Positions 8,549 to 17,583 of a stretch of 64,000 nt of DNA are shown here, one piece after another. The first letter of the stretch is position 1, and each line of letters starts with the position of its first letter. The notes under the pieces are model-generated. The model saw only the letters and a list, made by a program, of their open reading frames with translations, was not told the DNA's origin and did no database searches. Both the position numbers and the translations under genes were made by a program. Location: the NCBI GenBank assembly GCA_041664225.1, contig JBAYLE010000003.1, forward strand, positions 15,608-79,607, written 5' to 3'. This stretch comes from Parcubacteria group bacterium (GTDB lineage: Bacteria > Patescibacteriota > Minisyncoccia > Moranbacterales > UBA2206).

Positions 8549-9706
8549 TTAAACAAATTTACTCTGGATTGCCTCTTTATAGGTATCCAGAAGTATCTGA
8601 GTACAGATTTTATCGGTATATTTTTCACGCGCGATTTTTGCTGACATTTCGCCGAATTTTTTACGCAAATCAGCATCACTGATCAATTTATTTACTGCAC
8701 TGGCAAACTCATCTTCTTTTTCAGAAACCAAAAATCCATTTATATTGTTTTCAACCAGGTCGCAAATTCCGGTAGCATTGACCGCCACTACCGGCAACCC
8801 CATATACATCGCTTCCGTGATAATCATCCCCTGCGTTTCTGATTTGGAAGCATAGACAAAAATATCGCTAGCGGCATAATAATCTTTTACTTCTTCTTTT
8901 GGCACCTCGCCCGCAAAAACAACTTGCACCCCAACTCCTGCGTTCTCGGCCATTTTTTGCAGAGTGTTTTTCAAATATCCACCACCGATCGAAAGTATTT
9001 TTATGCCTTTATTTTTTTTGAGAAGCGGAATGATCGAACGGAATAAAAATTCAGTGTTTTTTTCACTGGTCAGCCGGCAATTGAGAAACAAGACTATTTC
9101 ATCATCTTTTATTCCAAACTTTTCTCTGATTTTTCCGCCATCAGCGTTTTTAAAGAGATCCTCCTCCACTCCGGTAGCGATAGCTTTTATTTTCGGATTA
9201 GTTACCCCCCATTTTTGAATAATCGGGATCACAGACTGTGTCGGTGTTATGACATAATCAGCCTTGTTGGCATAATTTCTCGCGTTTCTAATCGCCCACC
9301 ACGCCGCCAGCTTTTCCGGAATGATTGGAAAAAAATGAGCGTATTGATCATAGAGCGTATGCCAAGTGAAAACCAACGGGATTTTCTTTTTGCGCGCCCA
9401 CTTAGCCGCCGCCGCGCCCAAAAGATTGGGATGCTGAGAATGAATAATGTCCAGATCCAAATTAGCGATAATTTTATCTATTTTCCGCGAATACGGAACT
9501 GCCAGCGGAAATCTGAATTTAAATTCAATATCCATTGAGGGATAACGAAAAACATGCGGATTATTGTCCGCATAGCCTTTCCATTTTGAAGCAAAAACAA
9601 AAACCTCGTGCCCCATCTTTTCAAATTGAGCGCGAAAACTTTCAATGGAGCAAGTTACTCCATAAGGATTAGGAAGATAATTATTAGTAAAAATTCCTAT
9701 TTTCAT
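8549..9706 (-). CDS. Glycosyltransferase family 4 (GT-B)
   Basis: C-terminal EAMYMGLPVVA...GFLV motif typical of GT4/RfaG-like enzymes. Confidence 0.75.
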   Translation of the reverse strand: MKIGIFTNNYLPNPYGVTCSIESFRAQFEKMGHEVFVFASKWKGYADNNPHVFRYPSMDIEFKFRFPLAVPYSRKIDKIIANLDLDIIHSQHPNLLGAAAAKWARKKKIPLVFTWHTLYDQYAHFFPIIPEKLAAWWAIRNARNYANKADYVITPTQSVIPIIQKWGVTNPKIKAIATGVEEDLFKNADGGKIREKFGIKDDEIVLFLNCRLTSEKNTEFLFRSIIPLLKKNKGIKILSIGGGYLKNTLQKMAENAGVGVQVVFAGEVPKEEVKDYYAASDIFVYASKSETQGMIITEAMYMGLPVVAVNATGICDLVENNINGFLVSEKEDEFASAVNKLISDADLRKKFGEMSAKIAREKYTDKICTQILLDTYKEAIQSKFV

Positions 9707-10524
9707 AAGGAATTAATAAATTTGAGGATATCCTCAAATACATGTTCATTTTTAATATCAGAAATAAAAGTATGATAAGCCTGCTTAACATATTTTTTCT
9801 GTTTTCTTTCCGATCTCACGTCGGCATACATACACTCCAGGTTATCCTTGGTCGCTATATGATCGTGGGTAGACTGGATCATCAGGCAAGGCTGGATTAT
9901 TGTGGGTAAAGTTTCTCTGGTTTTTTTGATCAAATCAAAAGTTTCCAGGGCGCTATCAATCGGATATTTTTGATAGGAAATTAGGCGTGTAATGGTGGTT
10001 GAGAGCCCAAAAGTCGGCGGATAAAATTTTCGGTGATATTTTCCGAAAAGTTTCATTATTTTTGCCACTGCCACTGACGCCGTTTCATATTTTATTTTAT
10101 ACGGCATCGCCATCAGAACTAGACCGGCTACGTCATTGCTTCCAACCGAAAAATGCACCGCCAAGTTAGCGCCAATCGATGTCCCTCCGATAAAAACTTC
10201 TTCGCAATTTTTTTTCAATTCTTGATGGGCTGCCTTCACATCATCAAGCCAGTCTGCCCACTTCACGCCTTCCAGGTCTTCTGGTTTCATACCATGGCCT
10301 TTCAACATCGGACCATAAACTGTGTATCCGTTTTCATTCAGATACTTTCCTAGGCGCCTAACTTCATACGCCGTTGAAGTCCAGCCGTGCAACAAAAGCA
10401 CGCCTTTGCCGTTCGTGCCCTTGAAGTAGAAAGGCTGGTTGATCAGCGACCTTTCTTCCGCGTAAAGCAGATTTGGATCGGCGAATAATATGCTTTTTAC
10501 TGATTTTAAAAGTCTTTTTACCAT
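9703..10524 (-). CDS. Alpha/beta-hydrolase (carboxylesterase / monoacylglycerol-lipase-like)
   Basis: HGWTST...GHG N-terminal motif, GxSxG nucleophile elbow GTSIGA, acid/His region HDHIA. The start codon overlaps the stop of the GT4 gene by 4 nt. Confidence 0.65.
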   Translation of the reverse strand: MVKRLLKSVKSILFADPNLLYAEERSLINQPFYFKGTNGKGVLLLHGWTSTAYEVRRLGKYLNENGYTVYGPMLKGHGMKPEDLEGVKWADWLDDVKAAHQELKKNCEEVFIGGTSIGANLAVHFSVGSNDVAGLVLMAMPYKIKYETASVAVAKIMKLFGKYHRKFYPPTFGLSTTITRLISYQKYPIDSALETFDLIKKTRETLPTIIQPCLMIQSTHDHIATKDNLECMYADVRSERKQKKYVKQAYHTFISDIKNEHVFEDILKFINSL

Positions 10525-10677
10525 AGTTAAAATCTTATCACTTATTGCCGTATTTGCATAGATTCACACAAAAAGCGTATCCATTACAAAACAGCAAACT
10601 CGGATCTGGCTATTGATTTATTTTGAGTTTATGTTATGCTTTCTACTGTTATTCGGAAATTGAAAATTACTGCAAAT

Positions 10678-10752
10678 GGCGCCATCGTCTAGTGGTTAGG
10701 ACACCAGGTTTTCATCCTGGTAACAGGGGTCCGATTCCCCTTGGCGCTACCA
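10678..10752 (+). tRNA. tRNA-Glu (anticodon TTC), CCA encoded
   Basis: Acceptor ggcgcca/tggcgct, anticodon loop ttTTCat. T-loop is tccgatt, an atypical form also seen in the tRNA-Arg(TCT) of this window. Confidence 0.8.
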
Positions 10753-10953
10753 AAGAAAAAATTCAGGCCTAAGCCTGGATTTTTTGTTTGTTATGGCGCC
10801 GGGGAATCGGACGGGCAGAAGCGAGACCAGTCGTCTCGACGCAGGCGAACGCCGACAAATTCGAGCGAGCGAGCCTGCCTGCCGGTAGGCAGGGATTTGG
10901 CGCTGCCCAGGACAAGGAGTCCGCCGCGAACTACGCGGAATTCCCCTTGGCGC
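10753..10953. other. GC-rich ~190-bp segment bounded by a direct repeat of the tRNA-Glu 3' end; putative relic of a tRNA-targeted integration
   Basis: ttccccttggcgctac at the tRNA 3' end (10735-10750) recurs at 10936-10951. An inverted partial copy ggcgccggggaatcggac lies at 10797-10814. Local GC is far above the surroundings. The ORF-track ORFs here look spurious. Confidence 0.45.
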
Positions 10954-11052
10954 TACAAATTTTATTGAGAGAATCAGCGCAGTTTTTTCAGCTAGAGACT
11001 AAACTGTGCTATAATTAAAAAAGACAAACTCCTAAAAAATTATCAAAAAAAT

Positions 11053-11361
11053 ATGGCAAAACAAAATTGCTGGGAATTTAAAAAATGTGGACGCTACCCT
11101 GGCGGAGAAAACGAAAAAGAGCTGGGTGTTTGCCCGGTAAGCACAGAGCCCAGAACTGATGGAATACATGGCGGCATGAACGCTGGGCGGGTATGCTGGC
11201 TGATTGCTGGGACATTGTGCAAGGGCAATATTCAAGGTACATTCGCGCAGAAACTTGGCAACTGTATGACTGATTGTGAGTTCTACAAAAAAGTAAAAAC
11301 GGATGAGGGCGAAAATTTCGAATTCAGTGGTAATGTACTAAGGAAATTGCAGCCAAAATAA
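11053..11361 (+). CDS. Small stand-alone four-Cys 'two-CW'-type domain protein (putative metal/redox-binding), 102 aa
   Basis: Two CW motifs with partner cysteines: NCWEFKKCG and RVCWLIAGTLC, plus CMTDCEFY. Extended -10 promoter tgcTATAAT upstream; terminator downstream. Confidence 0.55.
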   Translation: MAKQNCWEFKKCGRYPGGENEKELGVCPVSTEPRTDGIHGGMNAGRVCWLIAGTLCKGNIQGTFAQKLGNCMTDCEFYKKVKTDEGENFEFSGNVLRKLQPK

Positions 11362-11383
11362 ACATCCTGATATCAACAACTTA

Positions 11384-11410
11384 AAAAAACTCCCGATCGG
11401 GAGTTTTTTG
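11384..11410 (+). terminator. Rho-independent terminator
   Basis: aaactcccgatcgggagttttttg. Confidence 0.75.
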
Positions 11411-11428
11411 ATTCAGCGAAACAAGCTA

Positions 11429-12136
11429 TTATTTTTCTGTACAACAACTTATGTTTTCCGCGTGGAAATAAAGTGAATCATTTGAGTCCTGCTTTCCAAC
11501 TGCCCGTAAAAATTTTCCAACCGCATAATCCGGAACATATGGAAAAACTTTGTCATCGCCTAAGCCAACTTTCACTAATCTTCCATTTTCTTCTTGAATT
11601 ACAACCTCATTATTGGTCACACTCATAATTTCCCCCATCACCGCCATTTCTTCAGGCATGACCCGGTTAGTATAGAGTCCATTTATCAACTGTTCTCCCC
11701 CCATAACCGCGAAAAAGGAGCCCAAAAAGACAATTGCTACCAAAAGAGCCGTGGCCGGAATATTAAAAGAATGTCTAATTCCCAAAGAAAAATTAAGCTT
11801 GTGTACGACATAGCTCCCCAGTATTAAAGTGATCAGAAAAAGTGCCAAGTAATCATAAGGAAAGGAAAGCAAAAAAACCTTGAGACCTGGAACGCCCAGC
11901 TTCAGAAAATTAAGGGCACCCGTTTTTTTGAAAACATACAAAATAACTGACACTGCCAGCGCCCCGCCCAATATAGCCAGCATCAAAATGCTTTCCAACC
12001 CTGCTTTTTCAGCCACAAAAAAAAGCGGGCTTCTCATTTTTATGCGCTTTTTTTTGATCTGATTCATCACCCTGTTCCTCATATCCACTCCGCTCTGCGC
12101 GCTCTGGATCAAATTTTTGTCAAAGCCTCCTTCCAT
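11429..12136 (-). CDS. Membrane protein co-transcribed with the ECF sigma factor (possible anti-sigma factor)
   Basis: Start overlaps the sigma-gene stop (ATGA coupling); 3-4 predicted TM helices; no recognisable zinc-finger anti-sigma motif. Confidence 0.4.
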   Translation of the reverse strand: MEGGFDKNLIQSAQSGVDMRNRVMNQIKKKRIKMRSPLFFVAEKAGLESILMLAILGGALAVSVILYVFKKTGALNFLKLGVPGLKVFLLSFPYDYLALFLITLILGSYVVHKLNFSLGIRHSFNIPATALLVAIVFLGSFFAVMGGEQLINGLYTNRVMPEEMAVMGEIMSVTNNEVVIQEENGRLVKVGLGDDKVFPYVPDYAVGKFLRAVGKQDSNDSLYFHAENISCCTEK

Positions 12137-12771
12137 TATTTTTTCCTCTGAGTATTCTGGATTTTTTTTAGTTTTTCCATTTCCTCAGACAATTTCTTTT
12201 TAGCCCTATTAATTAAAGTGCCGACCGTATTCACTGGTTTGCCCAAAATTTCACCTACTTCTTCATAAGACTTGTCTGAGAAATATCGGAGTAACAGAAC
12301 TTGTTTGTATTTTATTGGCAATCCATTGATGGCCTGGTCAACATCATCGATCGCTTCTTTTCTGATCCAGGCGTCATCTGCCCCGTCCTCTGTGCTGCTG
12401 CTTTCCAGCTTATCTTTGGTTGAACTGATATCTTCCCACGAAATAAAGCGCTTCAGTGATTTACGCTTGATATAATTCACGGCTTCATTGTGGGCAATAC
12501 GATAGATCCACGAAGAAAATTTACGGCTGGAATCGTAGCTGTGCAAATTTTTATATGCCTTGATAAAGACGTCCTGCAACAAATCCTCAGCCTCTTCTCG
12601 GTTTCCAACGAGCCTATATAGATAGGCAAAAAGTTTTCCTTGATATCTCTCAATTATTTCAGCATATCTTTCAGGCTCCGTTTCGCGAACTAAATCAATA
12701 AGCTCATTATCATTCAAGATTTGGCCTTGTTTGGTGGCTTTTTTAATGTCTAGACTTTGTTTTCCAGTCAT
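12136..12771 (-). CDS. RNA polymerase sigma factor, ECF (sigma-70 family group 4)
   Basis: Region 2 LLQDVFIKAYKNL...WIYRIAHNEAVNYIKR and region 4 HTH SYEEVGEILGKPVNTVGTLINRAKKKL. Confidence 0.8.
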   Translation of the reverse strand: MTGKQSLDIKKATKQGQILNDNELIDLVRETEPERYAEIIERYQGKLFAYLYRLVGNREEAEDLLQDVFIKAYKNLHSYDSSRKFSSWIYRIAHNEAVNYIKRKSLKRFISWEDISSTKDKLESSSTEDGADDAWIRKEAIDDVDQAINGLPIKYKQVLLLRYFSDKSYEEVGEILGKPVNTVGTLINRAKKKLSEEMEKLKKIQNTQRKK

Positions 12772-12921
12772 TAGTATTACTTTAAAGATAAACCTTTATT
12801 TCACGCCAGAAACTTTCGGGATAGGCTCTAAATTGCCAAATATCCAATATGTCTATAGTATAATAGTAACACACGATACTAATACATAAGCCCAAGGAAG
12901 TCAAGTCTCTTGTATACTTTT

Positions 12922-14025
12922 ATGATAATTTTAGGAATTGAAACTTCATGCGACGAAACCGCTGCTTCGGTAGTCAAGGCCGGCAAAAATGTCAAAATTT
13001 TGTCAAACATCGTATCGTCTCAAGTCAAACTGCATGCTAAGTGGGGCGGCGTAGTGCCCAATCTGGCAGCCAGAGAACATTTGAAAAATATTTTACCCGT
13101 AATCGAAATAAGCCTCGAAGAAGCTTCTGTAAAAATTAAAGATATTGATCTGATTGCTGTTACCAATGGACCAGGTCTGATTCCAGCCTTGCTCATCGGC
13201 ACCAATACAGCCAAGGCGCTCGCTTATGCCTGGGAAAAACCCTTGATTGGAGTGCATCATATTGAGGGACACATCTACGCTAATTTTATCGGGGATAAAA
13301 TTAGCGCAAGTTCAAAGTTCAAAGTTCAAAGTTCAAGGTTCCCGATTTTATGTTTGGTTGTTTCCGGCGGGCACACGCAATTAGTCCTAATGAAAGATCA
13401 TTTGAAATATAAAATTATCGGACAAACCTTGGATGATGCTGCCGGTGAAGCTTTTGATAAGGTTGCACGAATTCTAGGACTCGGTTATCCTGGAGGACCG
13501 GCCATTGCCGAGGCGGCGATGAAGTCAAAAATTAAAAGTGAAAAACTCAAAGTTCAAGGTTCAGCTTTCTTCCTTCCACGGCCAATGATTAATTCAAAAA
13601 ATCTCGATTTCTCTTTTTCCGGACTGAAAACTGCCGTTCTTTACACGGTCAAAAAAAATCCAGAGATATTGAGAAATAAAAAAATGCTAATTGATTTATG
13701 TTCCGAGTTTCAGCAGGCCGTTATCGATGTTTTGATTCATAAGACCCTGGCCGCCGCTGAAAAATACAATCCCAAAATGATAATGCTGGCGGGCGGCGTT
13801 TCTGCCAATGAAGAATTGCGCGATCAATTAAGCGCTTCTTTGAAAAAACATTTTCCAAATACAAAATACCGCATCCCCGAAACTAGATACAGTCTCGACA
13901 ATGCCGCCATGATAGCCAGCGCCGGATTTTTCCGCTGGCAAAAAATGAACAAGACTGAGCGAGAGAGCACTAGTTCAAATTGGAAAATATTAGAAACGGA
14001 TGCTAATTTAAAATTAAAACAATAA
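12922..14025 (+). CDS. tsaD: tRNA N6-adenosine threonylcarbamoyltransferase TsaD (Kae1/YgjD family). Start at MIILGIE.
   Basis: GIETSCDETA, HHIEGH, VVSGGHTQL, GGVSAN motifs. Two short in-frame insertions carry the repeat tcaaagttcaaggttc. Confidence 0.85.
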   Translation: MIILGIETSCDETAASVVKAGKNVKILSNIVSSQVKLHAKWGGVVPNLAAREHLKNILPVIEISLEEASVKIKDIDLIAVTNGPGLIPALLIGTNTAKALAYAWEKPLIGVHHIEGHIYANFIGDKISASSKFKVQSSRFPILCLVVSGGHTQLVLMKDHLKYKIIGQTLDDAAGEAFDKVARILGLGYPGGPAIAEAAMKSKIKSEKLKVQGSAFFLPRPMINSKNLDFSFSGLKTAVLYTVKKNPEILRNKKMLIDLCSEFQQAVIDVLIHKTLAAAEKYNPKMIMLAGGVSANEELRDQLSASLKKHFPNTKYRIPETRYSLDNAAMIASAGFFRWQKMNKTERESTSSNWKILETDANLKLKQ

Positions 14026-14043
14026 AATCCTGGGTATTCACTA

Positions 14044-14631
14044 ATGAATAACGCGATAAAAATTAAACTGCTGCTCTTCGGCGTCATTGCCGCTTTCGGA
14101 TCACTGTTTTTTGAATTGGCCGTTTCTATTTTTTTCCCGGGGGAAACTGCGTTTTTATTTGATCAGATCACCCTCCTATTGATCTTTTTCGTAATCATTG
14201 AAGAATTAATCAAATTTTTTGTGATTTGGAAATCCGTCTCATTTTTTCAAAACGCGCGTGATTTTTTTCTCGGCGCCTGCCTGATCGGATTTGGTTTTTC
14301 TCTTACCGAGATTATTTTTGCCAGCCTCAATGTCGCTGGCGGACAGCATGCAACCTGGCTTCCGTTTTTAGGAATTTTTGTTGTCCATACTTCTACCTGT
14401 GTCATTTTGGGATACGGAATATATCTGAAAAAAAGAAGTACTATAATTATCCCCCTGGTTTCCATCCTGATTGTTTTTCTTTTGCATCTAATTTACAATA
14501 TTCTGGTCATCTACGGTACGGGTGCCTCCATCATTCTATCTTACCTTTGCATACTTTTTATTTTATCCATTGCTGTTGGAAAAAAACTGCAAAAACAGCA
14601 GGGCCTAAAAAACAATTTGCCAAAAATATAA
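14044..14631 (+). CDS. PrsW-family intramembrane metalloprotease-like membrane protein
   Basis: Multi-TM; EELIKF (EExxK), FxxTE and downstream His motifs in TM segments as in PF13367. Confidence 0.5.
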   Translation: MNNAIKIKLLLFGVIAAFGSLFFELAVSIFFPGETAFLFDQITLLLIFFVIIEELIKFFVIWKSVSFFQNARDFFLGACLIGFGFSLTEIIFASLNVAGGQHATWLPFLGIFVVHTSTCVILGYGIYLKKRSTIIIPLVSILIVFLLHLIYNILVIYGTGASIILSYLCILFILSIAVGKKLQKQQGLKNNLPKI

Positions 14632-14679
14632 ACTTAAATTATACTAAAAACAGCTAAGTCTAACTTTTTTTATAATGCT

Positions 14680-15213
14680 ATGGTTAAAGTAAAAAGGTCT
14701 TTTTTGGAAAAACTGACTGGTTCGCGCAGAATCGAGCCGGGAGAGTACGAAGAAGAAAGGAGAAGCACGCCAATTATGCCAATAACTAATATTTATGAGG
14801 AAGAAGAAACTGAACTGCTAACCACTTCTTCCCCAACAAGAAAAAATATGATAGAAGAAAACTTTTCATCCGGCGATAACAGCGAGGGACAGCTGACAAT
14901 CGACGTGTACCAGACCGACAATGACATCGTCATCAAGTCCACCATTGCCGGCGTAAAACCGGAAGATCTGGATGTCAGTATCAACAATGACATGATCACC
15001 ATCCGCGGCGAAAGAAAAAATGAAGAAAGTGTAGGAGAAGAAAACTATTACTACCAGGAATGTTACTGGGGACCATTTTCCCGTTCTGTGATCCTGCCCG
15101 TTGATGTGTTGGGAGAAAAAGCAGAAGCTTCCATGAAAAATGGTATTTTCACATTAAGATTGCCGAAAGCTGATACGACTAAAACTAAAAAAATCCAGGT
15201 GCGCGGTTTCTAA
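14680..15213 (+). CDS. Hsp20/alpha-crystallin family small heat-shock protein
   Basis: Alpha-crystallin domain TIDVYQTDNDIVIKSTIAGVKPEDLDVSINNDMITIRGER...GIFTLRLPK. Confidence 0.8.
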   Translation: MVKVKRSFLEKLTGSRRIEPGEYEEERRSTPIMPITNIYEEEETELLTTSSPTRKNMIEENFSSGDNSEGQLTIDVYQTDNDIVIKSTIAGVKPEDLDVSINNDMITIRGERKNEESVGEENYYYQECYWGPFSRSVILPVDVLGEKAEASMKNGIFTLRLPKADTTKTKKIQVRGF

Positions 15214-15226
15214 TGCGATATTTCTA

Positions 15227-15252
15227 AAAGCCCCTTCTGAGGGGCTTTTTGT
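15227..15252 (+). terminator. Rho-independent terminator
   Basis: aaaagccccttctgaggggctttttg. Confidence 0.8.
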
Positions 15253-15300
15253 ATTAAAAAATTTGTTGATTTTAAGCTTATTTTGAGTTATTCTTAGTAT

Positions 15301-16614
15301 ATGCGTAAAAACAAGGTTGAAAAAATATTCTATATTTTTGTTTTTAGCCTGCTCTATTTTGTGCCGAGCAATTTCGCTTTGGCTGAAAACATAAACTTAG
15401 GATCTTTTGACCAACAAACCGCCAATGAAAAATTTTTGAAAGACATTTCGCTTAAGGTTGACGATTCTTCCTATAATTTGTCCGCCGAGGAAATAAAGAA
15501 ATTTATCCAAGAAAGTGAAACTCTGACTTATAGCCCCAGCTACCGATCTGAAATTGAAAATACTAATTTTTGCGCCTACCAAAAATCGATTATCTGCAAT
15601 TTACTTTTTAGCGCTACCGATGCGATCCATATCCAAAAAATTTCCAGTGTTTATCTCGATGAAAGCGCTATCTCCCAGTATCTTGATGATTTTGCTCTTG
15701 AGGTCAACAAAGATCCGGAAAATGCCAAACTTCAGGCTGACGACGGTAAGGTATCAGTTTTTGCTTTGAGCCGTGACGGAATTCAATTAGACAAAGAAAA
15801 AAGCCTGCAAATCATCGATGATTATTTCAAAGGACCCAGCAAAACAAATGAGGTTTCTTTGGCCTACAAGGTAATAAAGCCGGAAATTTCTACTGATTCC
15901 ATCGAAAATCTTGGAATTACAGCGCTTATCGGCGAGGGCACTTCCAATTTCGCCGGCTCCCCTAAAAATAGAATCCACAATATCACTGTCGGAACTAAAA
16001 GATTTAATGGGGTGCTGATCAAGCCGGGTGAAGAATTTTCTTTCATAAAAGCACTCGGCCCGGTCGATGAGTCAACGGGATACCTACCTGAGTTGGTTAT
16101 AAAACAAGACAAAACCGAGCCTGATTATGGCGGCGGCATGTGCCAGGTTTCCACCACCGCTTTCCGCGCCGCCATCATGAGCGGACTCAAAATCACCGCC
16201 CGCACTCCGCATGCCTACCCGGTTTCTTATTACAATCCGCAAGGCATGGACGCAACTGTTTTTATTCCTAATCCAGACTTGAAATTCCTCAACAACACGC
16301 CGGGATATATCTTGATGCAAACAAAAATTGAAGGCACTAAATTAATTTTTGATTTTTATGGCACTTCCGACGGACGAAAAATAAATATCACCGGACCGAC
16401 AATTACTGAAAGAAATCCTGATGGTTCGATGAAGGCCACTTTTACGCAAGAAGTTTTAGACAAAGACGGCAATCAAATTTTGCATAACGTTTTTAATAGC
16501 AGCTACGACTCGCCAAGTAAATACCCCCACCCCGGCGAAGAAATCTTCAAAGAAAAGCCCAAGGATTGGTCCAAAAAGCAATGGGAAGCATACAAGAAGC
16601 TGCATAATTTGTGA
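15301..16614 (+). CDS. VanW-like domain protein (secreted)
   Basis: Signal peptide; VanW core GTSNFAGSP...GGGMCQVSTTAFRAA...PHAYPVSYY. Confidence 0.75.
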   Translation: MRKNKVEKIFYIFVFSLLYFVPSNFALAENINLGSFDQQTANEKFLKDISLKVDDSSYNLSAEEIKKFIQESETLTYSPSYRSEIENTNFCAYQKSIICNLLFSATDAIHIQKISSVYLDESAISQYLDDFALEVNKDPENAKLQADDGKVSVFALSRDGIQLDKEKSLQIIDDYFKGPSKTNEVSLAYKVIKPEISTDSIENLGITALIGEGTSNFAGSPKNRIHNITVGTKRFNGVLIKPGEEFSFIKALGPVDESTGYLPELVIKQDKTEPDYGGGMCQVSTTAFRAAIMSGLKITARTPHAYPVSYYNPQGMDATVFIPNPDLKFLNNTPGYILMQTKIEGTKLIFDFYGTSDGRKINITGPTITERNPDGSMKATFTQEVLDKDGNQILHNVFNSSYDSPSKYPHPGEEIFKEKPKDWSKKQWEAYKKLHNL

Positions 16615-16777
16615 TGAGTGATTGACTTTTAGTCTTTTTTAAAATAGAATAGATTTGTTGCCTTTCGGGCAATTTTATATTAATATGCGTAGCGCAGGAA
16701 AGGGGTCGGGAAAACGTGAGTTTTCCCGTAGTGGAAATATAAAACCGCAAGGTTTTAAGGAGGAACGAAGCGACGAC

Positions 16778-16850
16778 GCGCTGGTAGCTCAGTGGATAGA
16801 GCAGTAGCCTTCTAAGCTATTGGTCGCAGGTCCGATTCCTGCCCAGCGCA
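16778..16850 (+). tRNA. tRNA-Arg (anticodon TCT)
   Basis: Acceptor gcgctgg/ccagcgc, anticodon loop ctTCTaa. Confidence 0.8.
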
Positions 16851-16954
16851 CAGGAAAAGTGAAAAGTTCATAAAGTCTATAGAGTTCATAAAGTTGAAAT
16901 TCACTATTGCTTATTCCTTTTAACTTTAAAACTTTACAAACTTGTAACTCGATT

Positions 16955-17027
16955 GCACCCATAGCTCAGTTGGTAGAGCAGATCCCTCTTAAGGATATGG
17001 TCGTAGGTTCAAGTCCTACTGGGTGCA
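16955..17027 (+). tRNA. tRNA-Lys (anticodon CTT)
   Basis: Acceptor gcaccca/tgggtgc, anticodon loop ctCTTaa, T-arm gtaggttcaagtcctac. Confidence 0.8.
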
Positions 17028-17043
17028 CAAAAGTCTCCAGAGT

Positions 17044-17115
17044 GGCGGTCATCGTCTATCGGTAAGACATCGGTTTGTGGTACCGAGAAGCTGGGTTCAA
17101 CTCCCAGTGACCGCC
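17044..17115 (+). tRNA. tRNA-His (anticodon GTG) with the extra 5' G(-1)
   Basis: 8-bp acceptor stem including G-1 paired to discriminator C; anticodon stem tcggt/accga with loop ttGTGgt; T-arm ctgggttcaactcccag. Confidence 0.8.
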
Positions 17116-17141
17116 CCTATGTAGATTTTTACTTAAAAAAC

Positions 17142-17215
17142 GCGCCCTTAGCTCAGTGGATAGAGTGTCTGGCTTCGGACCAGAAGGTCGTAGGTTCGAA
17201 TCCTGCAGGGCGCAC
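17142..17215 (+). tRNA. tRNA-Arg (anticodon TCG)
   Basis: Acceptor gcgccct/agggcgc, anticodon loop ctTCGga. Confidence 0.75.
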
Positions 17216-17220
17216 TAACA

Positions 17221-17252
17221 AAAAAATACTTCTATCTCAGAAGTATTTTTTG
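17221..17252. terminator. Bidirectional terminator
   Basis: aatacttctatctcagaagtatt hairpin flanked by an A-run and a T-run. Confidence 0.75.
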
Positions 17253-17259
17253 TTTGGCT

Positions 17260-17580
17260 CTATTTCAACCTAAAAATATCGGGGACATCACTAATTTTAT
17301 TCTCATATTCTTTCTTTCTTTTTCCGATTTCGTCGATGACCGAATTAAATCCTTTTTGATCGAATGATATAGCGCTCTCTTTGGTACTGATGTATTCTTG
17401 TTTTCGACTTTCGCTCCATTTGGGATTTGCCACATATACATACCACAGATAGCCGAAATAGCCCAATAGCAGAATGGCAATTAAAGTCAATGCCCATCCG
17501 CTTTTTCCAACAAAAAAACTGGCAACTTCACCCCACAGCTCCTTTATCTTTATTCCATTTTTTTTGAAATTCATGTTCAT
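17260..17580 (-). CDS. Small single-TM protein at the distal end of the pilus operon (function unknown)
   Basis: ORF in operon context; one hydrophobic helix. Confidence 0.4.
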   Translation of the reverse strand: MNMNFKKNGIKIKELWGEVASFFVGKSGWALTLIAILLLGYFGYLWYVYVANPKWSESRKQEYISTKESAISFDQKGFNSVIDEIGKRKKEYENKISDVPDIFRLK

Positions 17581-17583
17581 ACT

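Noticed and set aside
10741-11018. ORF-track ORFs 10741-10968 and 10788-11018
   Set aside because: They overlap the GC-rich tRNA-associated segment in two frames, are R/P-rich translations of GC-rich DNA, and have no start context. Judged spurious.
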